DNA of 64,000 bases from a virus. Of this stretch, positions 26,030 to 36,022 are shown piece after piece. The DNA lies in the IMG/VR virus record IMGVR_UViG_3300028948_000703, positions 32,001 through 96,000 of that record, one strand, 5' to 3'. The position numbers and the translations under genes were made by a program. The stretch's first letter is position 1; the number at the start of each line of letters is the position of its first letter. Under the pieces are notes generated by a model. The model was not told the DNA's origin, ran no database searches, and saw only the letters and a program-made list of their open reading frames with translations.

Positions 26030-27100
26030 CCAAAGAAATCGGTTGCAGAGTATTAACGAGCTGCTAATATAGCGCTTGTACACAGTTGCACACAACTTGA
26101 CCCGCTGATGTTGAAAAGCACAGCGGGTTCTTTTTGACCCTGAACTGCTCGTGCTGCTAGGCCTAGAGCTAGCCTATCAATACCCACACGACTAGATAGG
26201 CCAACAGTCAAATGTCTCCCTAGCCGTGGCTGAGCTTATATGGCATCCTTGATATGTTCTGCATGGCTTGACAAGATTCTATTGATTTCATCTAGGATCG
26301 TGTCTAGATATCCGGAGGTATCCATGGCAATCTAGCACGGTTATAGAGGGTCAAGTCAGCTTATCTGAGAACATTAGTCTAACTCGTGCTGGGCTTCTTG
26401 GAGGTATTCTAGGAGAAACACTGTGGCAAGCATTGATCATGCTGCTGTATTCTAAGGTTCTTCGACTTACTATGCACGATAATAGCCTGATCACACTCAG
26501 CTTTGTGGAGGTATTCTAGGAGAAACAGTGAGGCAAACGATATAGAAGCCTATTATAATCCTGAGCCGTGCTGGCTTATCCGGAGGTTCTGAACAGGTTT
26601 AATACGACATAGAGGACCTTAGACTAACATAGCCTGCCGTACTAGTGCCAATCAAGTCCGCTATTAGACGTGCACACGGTACATAAAAAGCTCTTGTACA
26701 CCGGCCAACTCTGTGCTATAGCTATAATGGAACACAGGGAAATGAATGCCTATGCTGGGCTCTTATACCTACCTTAAACATGTGCGTAAGTGCAGCACGA
26801 GTAGCCGTGCTGTGTACCCACAGGACTGCGCCATGCACCCAGGGGCTAGCAGTAGCGCAAAGCAACGGAGTGAGTTGCGGCAGAAAACTTTTGCCGTGCA
26901 GGTCGGAGAAGGGTAAAGAGACAGAGAGGTCGAGGCCGCCGTGAGGGGTTAAGAAAAAAGAAAAACCGGTATATAAACTATAGCTTTATAGTATACAATA
27001 TGTAATATAGCGTAGACTCACTATAAAAATCTGGTTTTTTGCCTCCTTAAAATCCTGAATTTTTTTTTCGAAAAGATTTTTGCATTTACAGCCTACCCCT
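26030..27100. other. ~1-kb non-coding region with direct repeats at the GC/strand transition; candidate terminus, origin or packaging/injection site
   Basis: No ORF >=60 aa. GGAGGTATTCTAGGAGAAACA at 26400 and 26507; TATCCGGAGGT at ~26310 and ~26577; many CACG/CGTG motifs. Confidence 0.5.
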
Positions 27101-27135
27101 CTAGATTTCTTCTTATTGTTGCATATAACTGTTAT

Positions 27136-27408
27136 ATGTCAAAGCGTAAATGGTCGTGGCAGCATAGGCATTTTATCAGCTCACGTATGTCTAAGCGTGA
27201 TTTTCATCTTCTACGGAGATTCTGCAGTGAGCATTTTGGCCCCGATCTTGGTGATTTTAACAATCGTTGGGATTATACTGGTCTAAAGCGTGTTAGTCAG
27301 TATCACGGACATGAATATCACAGTGTACAGCTATTTTTTCGTACGTTAGAAGATCTAGTGTTGTTTAAGCTAGTATATAACCCAGATGAAATCTATGGCA
27401 AATCGTAA
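27136..27408 (+). CDS. Small-protein family A member (C-terminal F.F...ED...F.L)
   Basis: 'LFFRTLEDLVLFKLVY'. Confidence 0.65.
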   Translation: MSKRKWSWQHRHFISSRMSKRDFHLLRRFCSEHFGPDLGDFNNRWDYTGLKRVSQYHGHEYHSVQLFFRTLEDLVLFKLVYNPDEIYGKS

Positions 27409-27643
27409 ATGGTCGTGGCGTTATAAAATTTCCATGGGTCATCTTAACAGCGATCGTATGACTAAGCTTAGAGAGTTCTGCGATGAACGGTTTAATAAAG
27501 ATTCTTCTAGGTATGATTTTAGCTTTGTTAAACGTAGACTAAATCCCACCAGTTGGTTTCCACGCTATTACTATTCCCGAGTAAAAATCCATTTTAAGGA
27601 TCATGAAGATCTAGTGTTGTTTAAGCTAACTTATACCGAGTAA
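27395..27643 (+). CDS. Small-protein family A member, tandem paralog of 27136
   Basis: 'RKWSW...IHFKDHEDLVLFKLTY'; shared DNA GAAGATCTAGTGTTGTTTAAGCTA. Confidence 0.65.
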   Translation: MANRKWSWRYKISMGHLNSDRMTKLREFCDERFNKDSSRYDFSFVKRRLNPTSWFPRYYYSRVKIHFKDHEDLVLFKLTYTE

Positions 27644-27868
27644 ATGTCGCTTATTCGTGGTCAACCTAATCCGTGGGTCAAAGACTATCCTTATAACTGT
27701 GAAATCTTGGTTATACCCTGGGAATTGTGGACTTGGATTGACTCTAATCTAGCAGTTGATCAATGGTGTTGGGATATGATATATGATTTCACTGAAAACA
27801 CAAATTTTGTTTGGTTTGGGTTTAAACGACAAGAAGATTACGTTAGGTTTTGTTTAACATGGATCTAG
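27644..27868 (+). CDS. Small-protein family A member
   Basis: 'VWFGFKRQEDYVRFCLTW'. Confidence 0.65.
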   Translation: MSLIRGQPNPWVKDYPYNCEILVIPWELWTWIDSNLAVDQWCWDMIYDFTENTNFVWFGFKRQEDYVRFCLTWI

Positions 27869-28077
27869 CAGTGGAATTTCAGTGGTCTGCGACTTGCGTA
27901 TATGGTGGGGAAGTATCTGATCGTGCCATTGAATGGTTGGAGAATAACATGGATAACAATCTATACTTTATAGATTTTTTACATGAATCACCTACAAGTT
28001 GGCATCCTTCGCATGTTTGGTTTGGATTTAGGTCCAGAGAAGATCTAGTACGGTTTCAATTTTCCTGTGGGGGCTAA
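27850..28077 (+). CDS. Small-protein family A member
   Basis: 'VWFGFRSREDLVRFQF'. Confidence 0.6.
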   Translation: MFNMDLAVEFQWSATCVYGGEVSDRAIEWLENNMDNNLYFIDFLHESPTSWHPSHVWFGFRSREDLVRFQFSCGG

Positions 28078-28381
28078 AACTTTTTGCGTGGTGGTAGATT
28101 AGATTTTAAAAAATTTTTAGCAAAAAAAAGTTTTGAATTATAATCTATAGGCCGGTTATAAAATTGCAGATTGAGAAAGTTGTATTGATTAACAAGCTTG
28201 GTAAATTTTCCGCATTATAATATGAAATTAACTACATAGTTAATAACGGCGGAGCGTTGGCTTCGCCAACTATTTCTGCAAGGTTGCGGTTTGGTTTTTG
28301 GTTAAGTGTGCCTTGCCAATATCATAGATTTCTGTCAGTGTTGTTATCTATAATTTATTATAGTCTGATAAATACGCTATC

Positions 28382-29086
28382 ATGAGAATACAAGAATTGC
28401 TAGAAGCTAAACCATTATCAAATGGGTATGATGTTGAACACTATGGTGTTTGGACAGTAGAAATGAGTCAACATCCAGTTAGAATGCCTGCTATTACCGG
28501 TAATACTGCACAATATGTAGCCAAGGTTACACACAAACGCACTGGAAAAATTGAAATAGCTGCAGGATCAAGCCAAAGTGAAGCTAGAGAACGTGCATTA
28601 GGTTTAGCCACAGGAGTTAAGGCTGATGATCCTACATATGATGCCGGCCAATACGATGCATTTACAATTGATTTCAATGCGGCCTTTACACGAGAGTATT
28701 GGAATAAAAACAGCAGTTCCTGGTATAGATTTTCTCATGAAGGTGATCAAATTTTACTAATAAGGGCCAGTCAAAATTATGCTCAGGAATTTGGTGAGGA
28801 GCTGAGAGAGCTGGGATTCTCCCGTGCTATAATACGTACTCAACATCGTGGTATTGAGTTAGCAACTCCGCACCTTGGATTTAGTCTGGGTGCACAGCAG
28901 TTTCGTCGCACGGGGTTATCAATTAAAACACGTTACATGGTAAAATTTGAATATCTTGACAGCGATAAAAATGAAGTATTTTCAACGATGGTTCACAGCA
29001 GAGTTCAAGGAATTGAAGGTCCGGGAAAACCAGAACTATTAAAATTTCCTGCATTTTCTACCAGTGGTAGTTATAAAAATCTATAA
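28382..29086 (+). CDS. Putative late/virion head protein
   Basis: ATAAATA just upstream; N-terminus MRIQELLE. Confidence 0.55.
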   Translation: MRIQELLEAKPLSNGYDVEHYGVWTVEMSQHPVRMPAITGNTAQYVAKVTHKRTGKIEIAAGSSQSEARERALGLATGVKADDPTYDAGQYDAFTIDFNAAFTREYWNKNSSSWYRFSHEGDQILLIRASQNYAQEFGEELRELGFSRAIIRTQHRGIELATPHLGFSLGAQQFRRTGLSIKTRYMVKFEYLDSDKNEVFSTMVHSRVQGIEGPGKPELLKFPAFSTSGSYKNL

Positions 29087-29135
29087 TTTTTTAAATCTCT
29101 TTACAATTATATATTGTCTATGCTAACATAGAAAA

Positions 29136-29357
29136 ATGCACAAGTATGAATTCAGACCTAGTAAACTAACCTATTATCCATATCTCTGTGTGCCCATTCG
29201 ATCAAGAATGGAAGAAAATGATGTTCAGCATGCATGGTGTCAACGTATGTTTGGTTCAGAAGGTACTAGAAATTTAGGAAAATGGTACGGGGGTCTTCTG
29301 GGTTTTTATTTTTCCAGCCGTGAAGATGCAGTACAGTTTATGTTAGTCTGGGGCTAG
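29136..29357 (+). CDS. Small-protein family A member
   Basis: 'FYFSSREDAVQFMLVWG'. Confidence 0.65.
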   Translation: MHKYEFRPSKLTYYPYLCVPIRSRMEENDVQHAWCQRMFGSEGTRNLGKWYGGLLGFYFSSREDAVQFMLVWG

Positions 29358-30760
29358 TACCCTTGAATTTTTGTAATTTGACTGTCAATTCTGGAGAAAT
29401 ACTCTTCAACATTGGATCTGGCTTGTGCGTAGTTCATGGGCTGTTGATCATGATTCATCACAGCAATAGCACTGTTGCCTGCCATGGGTATGTTTTTAAC
29501 ACCGACTAAATTACCAAGATATTGATTTAACAGTGCTGCGATATTTTTTAGAGTCGTGTTATAGTAGTAATTGTTGATCATATCACCAGAGCCTTTGTTA
29601 AACCAGCCATCTGATCCAATACCCCAGAACGGATACCATTGACCCGCAGCAACATCTGCTTTGCCTCCGCGACCAGTACTGCAGTAAAAAGGTACAGTAT
29701 GCCCATTTAAGTTTACCACTACAATTGGTCGTTGTTCCAGATTGACTATAAATGTTTTACCGCCGTTTACTGTGGGCATTAGTACAAGACTGACGTGATC
29801 AATTAGTTTAGTGAGTTTTGCAGCTAGAGCACGTTGTTCTGCGGATAGTTCTTCATATAAAGATTCATCAGATGCGAAACGATCGTCTAGCCATTTGTTA
29901 TTAACAAGAGCATACATTTTTCCTGTAATATTTTGTCTATCATCTGTCCACAGTATAAAATCATCTGGTAATGAATCTAAATCTTCTGAAAAATCTGAAT
30001 AGCCACTGGCAATATTATTATTAATCATCCACGGGACTAGTTTATTATACAATTTAATTCTACTAGAATCCTTGTCATTTGCTATAAATGCTATAATAGA
30101 CGGTTTCTTTCCAGAGATAAATTGTTTCATTGCAGATACAAATGTTGAAAATATCTTGATAGAATCACCTTTGCCTGTGATATCTTGCTGGTCGTCTACA
30201 TAAAAATTTACCAATGCATATCTAATTTCTGGATCCCACTCAAACTCAATTTTAAATATTCTATTATCATCTAATACAATTTGCTTTGAAAATTGTTCGC
30301 TTCCTTGAGAAACTTTCCATCTTTTTGGCAAAGTATATGGTTTATTAAATATTTCATTTATAAATGAATCTTCTTGCGCATTCTTTCGACCACGACGCAT
30401 GTTTAATTGCCAACGTGCCAGTTGACCTTTACGGCCTTTAGCTTTTGCTGCTTTTTCTAGCTGTGCTATCGTGGCATTTTTTAGAATACCATGACGTTGA
30501 CTGTCTCCCGGTCGTCCTGGTCCTCGACCATCTGCAAAGTTTTCGTCTATGGATTTATTTTTATTGCGTATATCTTTTAACTGTTGTTTTAATCTGTGTA
30601 ATTCACCAGCATTGCTTTCGGTACCTGATAATTTACGATCATAGAGTATTTGCCTGATACGTGTTAAAATTTGTTTTTCTGTGGTGTATGTATATGAACT
30701 ATCTTCTTGAATGTTGTCAAGTATATAAGAAGATTCAGAAATAATGTCCGCAATTTTCAT
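29354..30760 (-). CDS. Putative multi-module internal head protein
   Basis: MKIADIISE N-terminus; modules begin after I.E/L.E (IQE, IDE-NFADG, INE-IFNKPY, LYE). Confidence 0.55.
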   Translation of the reverse strand: MKIADIISESSYILDNIQEDSSYTYTTEKQILTRIRQILYDRKLSGTESNAGELHRLKQQLKDIRNKNKSIDENFADGRGPGRPGDSQRHGILKNATIAQLEKAAKAKGRKGQLARWQLNMRRGRKNAQEDSFINEIFNKPYTLPKRWKVSQGSEQFSKQIVLDDNRIFKIEFEWDPEIRYALVNFYVDDQQDITGKGDSIKIFSTFVSAMKQFISGKKPSIIAFIANDKDSSRIKLYNKLVPWMINNNIASGYSDFSEDLDSLPDDFILWTDDRQNITGKMYALVNNKWLDDRFASDESLYEELSAEQRALAAKLTKLIDHVSLVLMPTVNGGKTFIVNLEQRPIVVVNLNGHTVPFYCSTGRGGKADVAAGQWYPFWGIGSDGWFNKGSGDMINNYYYNTTLKNIAALLNQYLGNLVGVKNIPMAGNSAIAVMNHDQQPMNYAQARSNVEEYFSRIDSQITKIQGY

Positions 30761-30775
30761 TTTTGTTAAATCTTT

Positions 30776-31804
30776 TTATGTTTGAGTAGGCGGAGGAGTT
30801 TCAGTTGCCGGTGGTGTTTCGTTTTCTGGTTTCTTAGTTGCAGGTCTCTTTTTATCTGTCCAATAATCTGATAGCCTGTTTAATTTCTGTATTTCTGCTT
30901 CAACATCGTAGATTTTTTTCTCAATTCCAGATTCTTCTCGAGGAGCTTCAATATCGTTTTTATGTGCACGAAGTCCTGCTACAAGATCAGTGTATAGATA
31001 AGGAAATCTTTCTTTAATTTGTTCCGCTGAAACTTGCATATCTAGAGGATTTTTAAACTGATTACTTGCTGCATCAAATTGAAACTTTTCTGGTAGTTCT
31101 TTTTGTGGTTTACCAAATGCATCTGTTCCTGTATAACTACGTTGTTCAGCTGGGACCATTCCAAAAATTGCACCAGCTTTACTGTACCTTTCCCAGTTTC
31201 CTGGATCTGTGCTACTAGCAGTGCAAAATGTTGCTCCTTTGCCAAATGCGCAAGCAGCTCCGCGATTTTGTAATAACCATATTTTATAATCTGGATTATC
31301 AACAACCAATATACTTCTTTTATTTTTAATTATAGCATTAAGTACTGCATCTTTTCTTAGATCTTTTAGAATATTGTCATAATGTGTTACAAGATAACGA
31401 TGTAAATTTTTAACTCCATTGTACTGAGTTAGTTCTTTGTGATTAGAGTCTAATAGATTACGATTTCTCAATAACATAAAGTCTCTAATAGTTTCAGGAT
31501 ATTCACCGGTGATATCTTCCCAGAGATCATTACCGTTAGCATAGCATTTAGCTAGCCACATATGATTTTTACCATCTCTTACCGATATAATACCATGTAC
31601 GCCTTCTGCTTCAATTCTATCAAGTTCTTTTACAAACCATGTTGCAAGATCAAGATCTGTTTTAGTACGATCTCTACGTATGTTTACAGGAACTGTACGA
31701 TCAAACCGTACGTGATCGGCTATACGAGAAACTAGCTGTTTATTAGCTAGTACATTTCGAGCACCTGCTGTGTCTTCTGTGAGGATTACTTCTAATATAC
31801 GCAT
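30776..31804 (-). CDS. Putative virion-associated protein
   Basis: MRILEVILTE N-terminus; 'AACAFGKGATFCTA' motif. Confidence 0.55.
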   Translation of the reverse strand: MRILEVILTEDTAGARNVLANKQLVSRIADHVRFDRTVPVNIRRDRTKTDLDLATWFVKELDRIEAEGVHGIISVRDGKNHMWLAKCYANGNDLWEDITGEYPETIRDFMLLRNRNLLDSNHKELTQYNGVKNLHRYLVTHYDNILKDLRKDAVLNAIIKNKRSILVVDNPDYKIWLLQNRGAACAFGKGATFCTASSTDPGNWERYSKAGAIFGMVPAEQRSYTGTDAFGKPQKELPEKFQFDAASNQFKNPLDMQVSAEQIKERFPYLYTDLVAGLRAHKNDIEAPREESGIEKKIYDVEAEIQKLNRLSDYWTDKKRPATKKPENETPPATETPPPTQT

Positions 31805-31810
31805 TTGATA

Positions 31811-34264
31811 TTAATACCATATGTTAAATTGGTCGCTATCATCTATCTTATCAAGGAAATTATACATAAACTCCTTCATTGCCGACGGTTTGCGTTGCAT
31901 TAGATCTTTAACAACTTCTTCTTTATCTTTAGGTGTTGTATAACTATCAACTGTTTGATTTGCAATAGTTGTTAATTTGCGTAGAGGAGTTGTTGCCCAA
32001 TTTGGTTTTGATGTATCCAACGCAATTTGCATCTGATCAATCTTATCCATTTTGTTTAAAAGATTTTGAGCTTCTTTGCGATTACCGCCTTCAGTATATC
32101 TCATAGCCATTTTCTGCATTTCGCCCATTTTTCTCTGTAACATTTTAACAAGTAACGGACTTAGCTGTTGAGCAATATCGCGTCCTGGTTCTTTAGTAAC
32201 AAATTTACCTGGAGTAAATGGTGGAGTTTCTTTTCTCTTTGTGGCAATTTCTCTTTCTGTGCCTCCAGGTATTCTTTCGCCTGGCACAGTAGTAGATTGA
32301 ATCCATTTTTGCGCTTGTGGATCCCATACTCTCACAGGTTTTCCAGTTGTGGCAACAATCTCTCCTTTTTCAGGATCACTAATATATTCGCCCTTACCAG
32401 GAATTTTTCCTGCTTGGTATTTGCCAATCCATGCTTTAGCAGCATCACCTTTTAGTCCGCCTGCTCTTGAAGTTGACACATATAGCTCTAAATCTGATCC
32501 CTTTATGTCGCGACCAATTGCACTCTTTAATAGATCAAAGAAGTTTTGTGTTAGTTCTGGTGTATACGGTCTACCAGCTCTAGTCATTGTGACTACGGTT
32601 GCAGGAGCCATTGGATTTAGATTACCACGACGTCTTGCAGCAGAGTTATCAACTTTAACTACTGGTTTTTCATATGTTTTATTTGGATTTTTAGGATGAG
32701 GAACGGTTTCAGTTTTAACTTTTTCTTTTCCTGTAGCTGGATCAATTTCTGTTTCATATTCATCGGGTATTAGCATATTATCAACACGCATACCTTCGCT
32801 GAATGCAACTACTTGATATTGAAGTTTTGTATCACGCTCTGGGTTATAAGATTTACCTCTTTCCTGTGCGGATTTTATTTTTGCAGTAAAGTCTTTGAGA
32901 TCTGGACGAACTGCTGCAACTCCACGAGGACCTTTGATTACCATGAAATGATCTGGGCTAGCTTTGAATAGCATCATATAAATACGATCTGCAGTTTTAG
33001 CTATTTGATCCCATTCGGCTGTTGCACTAACGTTATCGTATTTGTGCAACCATTTAGCCAGTGCTCTAGCACTTTCTGCAGCAGTTACATCAGCTGCAGT
33101 TGGTTCTTTCCATTCTTTACCACGACGTTGTGCAGCAGCCTTTCCTTTACCAGTTAAACTAGCACGACGAGCTTTTGCAGCTTCATCATCTTCTGCTTCT
33201 CCATCTTTTGCTGCCCAATAACGATAACCTGTAGGATCAAGTATGTTTAAAAGTGTGCTACGTTCAAATAGGTAATTTTCTACTAATTTTGTAGCATAAT
33301 TCTTTGTAGAATTTTTTAAATTATTATGTTCTTCAACTAAAACCGATTCGGTTAATATAGTTAAACCTGCTAGTTGTTTAATTCTAGCTAAATCTGCATT
33401 ATTTTCAAGCAATGGTTTTTTGGTCATTATAGCCTCTCTTAGTAATTTCTTTGGTGCTCCGTAGTCGTCGTATTCATCTTCGTCAGATGTAATTGCAGAT
33501 TGTGTATTGTTATTCACAGCATCTGCTTCTGGATAAGCATAGATATAGTATCCGGCAAAATCTTTAACCACATGAAAACGTGTGTCGCCGGTTCTAAATT
33601 CTATAATTTCTGGAGTGTATCCTGGCATAATTTGGCCGAAATCAATGTCAACTTGTCCAAGATTTTCTGCATTTTGTTTTAGCCAACCTAAAACTGAATT
33701 AACTTCTAAACTAGTGTTTGGCCCTCGGTTGTTAACATTTGCAATAGTTACAATATCTTCTTGAGGAGTTTTTGTGAACATTTGAAACAGTTGTCTTCCC
33801 ATGGCTCTTATAGGACCTTGTAACCATCCTGGTAATGTAGATATTGTGTGCCAATTTGGAGATATTCTCTCATCGGCTAATAAGTCCCCTGTGACTCTAG
33901 CAATATCTGATCTAACTGTTACAGGAAGTGTGTTAATTACAGCTGGTAAATTTTCATAATTTACTGGACGAGTGTTAGCTAGTCCTGCTCGACGAGCTGC
34001 TTCTTCGTCGCTGATTTCATCGTCGCCGACACCTTGTAATCTACTCATCATATCACGCATTTGATCGGTAGATGTCATTCCTCGTAGAGCAGACCGAGTT
34101 TGATCTGCTGTGGCTCTTTTGAGTTCTGGTTCAACTGGGCGATTTGATGGTATATCTGTAGCACTGCTAGCAGTAACAACAGGTTGATCAACACGTGGAG
34201 AAATTAAGTCGTCAAATGTAGAGTCTGTGGGTTTTGTTATTGTTGGGCGATTAACCGGCGGCAT
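31811..34264 (-). CDS. Large hypothetical late protein (possible two-gene fusion)
   Basis: 817 aa; ATAAATA and SD AGGAG upstream; internal 'LLE...LARIKQLAGL..LTE' motif. Confidence 0.6.
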   Translation of the reverse strand: MPPVNRPTITKPTDSTFDDLISPRVDQPVVTASSATDIPSNRPVEPELKRATADQTRSALRGMTSTDQMRDMMSRLQGVGDDEISDEEAARRAGLANTRPVNYENLPAVINTLPVTVRSDIARVTGDLLADERISPNWHTISTLPGWLQGPIRAMGRQLFQMFTKTPQEDIVTIANVNNRGPNTSLEVNSVLGWLKQNAENLGQVDIDFGQIMPGYTPEIIEFRTGDTRFHVVKDFAGYYIYAYPEADAVNNNTQSAITSDEDEYDDYGAPKKLLREAIMTKKPLLENNADLARIKQLAGLTILTESVLVEEHNNLKNSTKNYATKLVENYLFERSTLLNILDPTGYRYWAAKDGEAEDDEAAKARRASLTGKGKAAAQRRGKEWKEPTAADVTAAESARALAKWLHKYDNVSATAEWDQIAKTADRIYMMLFKASPDHFMVIKGPRGVAAVRPDLKDFTAKIKSAQERGKSYNPERDTKLQYQVVAFSEGMRVDNMLIPDEYETEIDPATGKEKVKTETVPHPKNPNKTYEKPVVKVDNSAARRRGNLNPMAPATVVTMTRAGRPYTPELTQNFFDLLKSAIGRDIKGSDLELYVSTSRAGGLKGDAAKAWIGKYQAGKIPGKGEYISDPEKGEIVATTGKPVRVWDPQAQKWIQSTTVPGERIPGGTEREIATKRKETPPFTPGKFVTKEPGRDIAQQLSPLLVKMLQRKMGEMQKMAMRYTEGGNRKEAQNLLNKMDKIDQMQIALDTSKPNWATTPLRKLTTIANQTVDSYTTPKDKEEVVKDLMQRKPSAMKEFMYNFLDKIDDSDQFNIWY

Positions 34265-34342
34265 TATAAACTCCTAAAAATCTAAGCTATTTATTTATCA
34301 ATACAGCCAATTAATTTTAAAGTTTATAAAACACCATGCCAT

Positions 34343-34372
34343 AAAAAAAGGGCGAATAAATCGCCCTTTTTA
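34343..34372. terminator. Bidirectional intrinsic terminator
   Basis: AAAAAAAGGGCGA-ATAAA-TCGCCCTTTTT. Confidence 0.8.
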
Positions 34373-34391
34373 TTAATATGTTTACGTTTAA

Positions 34392-35351
34392 TTAACGTAG
34401 AACAATTTCTACGCGACGGTTCTGTGCTTCACGAACGTTAGCACCAGTCTTAACCATAAGACCCTGTTCGCCTTTGCCAACTACAGTAATAACGTTAGCT
34501 GGTACACCTTCTGTAACTAGTGCGCTTTTAACTGCATTAGCACGACGAAGGCTCAATGCCATGTTATAGCTTTCTGGTCCGCTGGTATCAGTATGACCTG
34601 TAGCAGTGATACTAGCACTTCCAGTAGACTTGTATGCACTAGCAGCTTGCTTTACAACATTCATTGCCTGTGAAGTTAGATTGCTCTTATCCCAGTCAAA
34701 GAATACCATAAAACTAGCTGGTGCAACTGGTGCAGCAACTGGTGCAGCAACTGGTGCAGGAGAAGTAAACTTGTATGTTAGACCAAGCATAACTGTCCAG
34801 TTATTGTTATTCCAATTCTGACCATTTACGTATGGATTGGTTGTTCCATAATAGCGACCGTCGAGGTTAACACGAAGGTTGTCAGTTGCCTTATATCCTA
34901 GACCTGCAATGCCCTGATATGCAAGTGCAGTGCTTCCTAGGCTAGTGTTACCGTCAACAAATGCAACACCTAGACCTGCACCTAGGTATGGTGTAAAGCG
35001 ACTGTTTGGCATAAAGTCATAGAGACCATTTACCATTAATGCTAGCTGACCAACCTGGTTGTTAACTGCAGTGCCTGGTAGACCAACATTAGTTGGATTC
35101 CAACGATAAACAGCCTCAAGCTCGACACGAGGACCAACGAAGTCATAACCTACAACTCCGCCTACTGCATAGCCCATTCCAGGAGTTACACCAATCTGTG
35201 GGAAAGCAGGTGCATTTGTATTTGCTGTAAAATTGCTTAGCCAGTTTAGTCCACCTTCGGCACCAATATAAAATCCAGTGCTTTCAGTCTGTGCAACAGC
35301 AGGAGCAGCAAATGCAACTGCTAGCACAGTTGCTAGTAATGTTTTCTTCAT
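34392..35351 (-). CDS. OmpA-family outer membrane protein (beta-barrel + peptidoglycan-binding domain)
   Basis: Signal peptide; 'FTPYLGAGLG'; PVAAP linker; 'VFFDWDKS', 'GHTDTSG..YN.ALSLRRA..V' and 'NRRVEI'. Confidence 0.9.
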   Translation of the reverse strand: MKKTLLATVLAVAFAAPAVAQTESTGFYIGAEGGLNWLSNFTANTNAPAFPQIGVTPGMGYAVGGVVGYDFVGPRVELEAVYRWNPTNVGLPGTAVNNQVGQLALMVNGLYDFMPNSRFTPYLGAGLGVAFVDGNTSLGSTALAYQGIAGLGYKATDNLRVNLDGRYYGTTNPYVNGQNWNNNNWTVMLGLTYKFTSPAPVAAPVAAPVAPASFMVFFDWDKSNLTSQAMNVVKQAASAYKSTGSASITATGHTDTSGPESYNMALSLRRANAVKSALVTEGVPANVITVVGKGEQGLMVKTGANVREAQNRRVEIVLR

Positions 35352-35562
35352 TTAATCTTCCTTTCATTTGAAGTATATAAGAAATTCTAAAACATAACGT
35401 TATTAGAAGGTTTGTTATCAAACAAACTCATGTATTATATATACACTATATACCATTAATATGCTAGATGGCAACGTAAGTTGAAATATGAGTGTTGCAT
35501 TTATGCAGCAACACCAATACCTATAAGTTGACATACCAAGATATTATAGTAAATATGTAAAG

Positions 35563-35715
35563 ATGAAAACACTTTGGTCGATATTAATAGTTGCTATTTT
35601 AATATGTTTAATTTTATTTCCACTTAAATCAATTGCCGCAGTGATTCTAATTGGCAGCGGAATGTTAGTACTTGTTCTTTTTGTATTTGTACTTTTATTT
35701 TCAATATTTGATTAA
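35563..35715 (+). CDS. Small two-helix membrane protein (not in track)
   Basis: MKTLWSILIVAILICLILFP...FSIFD; TTGACA promoter upstream. Confidence 0.5.
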   Translation: MKTLWSILIVAILICLILFPLKSIAAVILIGSGMLVLVLFVFVLLFSIFD

Positions 35716-35720
35716 AAAAT

Positions 35721-35942
35721 ATACATGTGGTGATTTTGCAGTGCCGAGTTCCTTTGTGAACCAATGACATCAAACAGTTTGCCAAACCTACGTCAAAGTA
35801 GTCATTATTTCAGACCTGCGCTTTTTCCTAATCACCTCAGGGAAGAGACTTAAGACGGACACTCTACTCTATACATACTGTGTGTATGGTCTTTCCTCGC
35901 ATCACCGGCTTCTTCCTTACCGCGCTGGATTTTAACATGTAT
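35721..35942 (-). ncRNA. Unknown ~220-nt structured RNA with RNase P RNA-like motifs
   Basis: Closing ATACATGT/ACATGTAT; internal stems; GAGGAAAGACC, GAAATAATGAC and ACAAAGGAACTCGGC in CR-I/IV/V order. Confidence 0.4.
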
Positions 35943-36022
35943 ACTTTTATATTTTATATAATTGACATCTAAAAAACCACAGCATTCTTTAAACGTCAAC
36001 TATATTGTTAACAACTATAACA

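Noticed and set aside
26030-27100. Prophage/host boundary at the GC shift
   Set aside because: Both sides are phage-like: the right side has T4-type topoisomerase, late promoters and head-protein motifs. A chimeric assembly cannot be excluded without reads.
34725-34760. GGTGCAGCAACT tandem repeat
   Set aside because: Encodes the ordinary PVAAP linker of OmpA.
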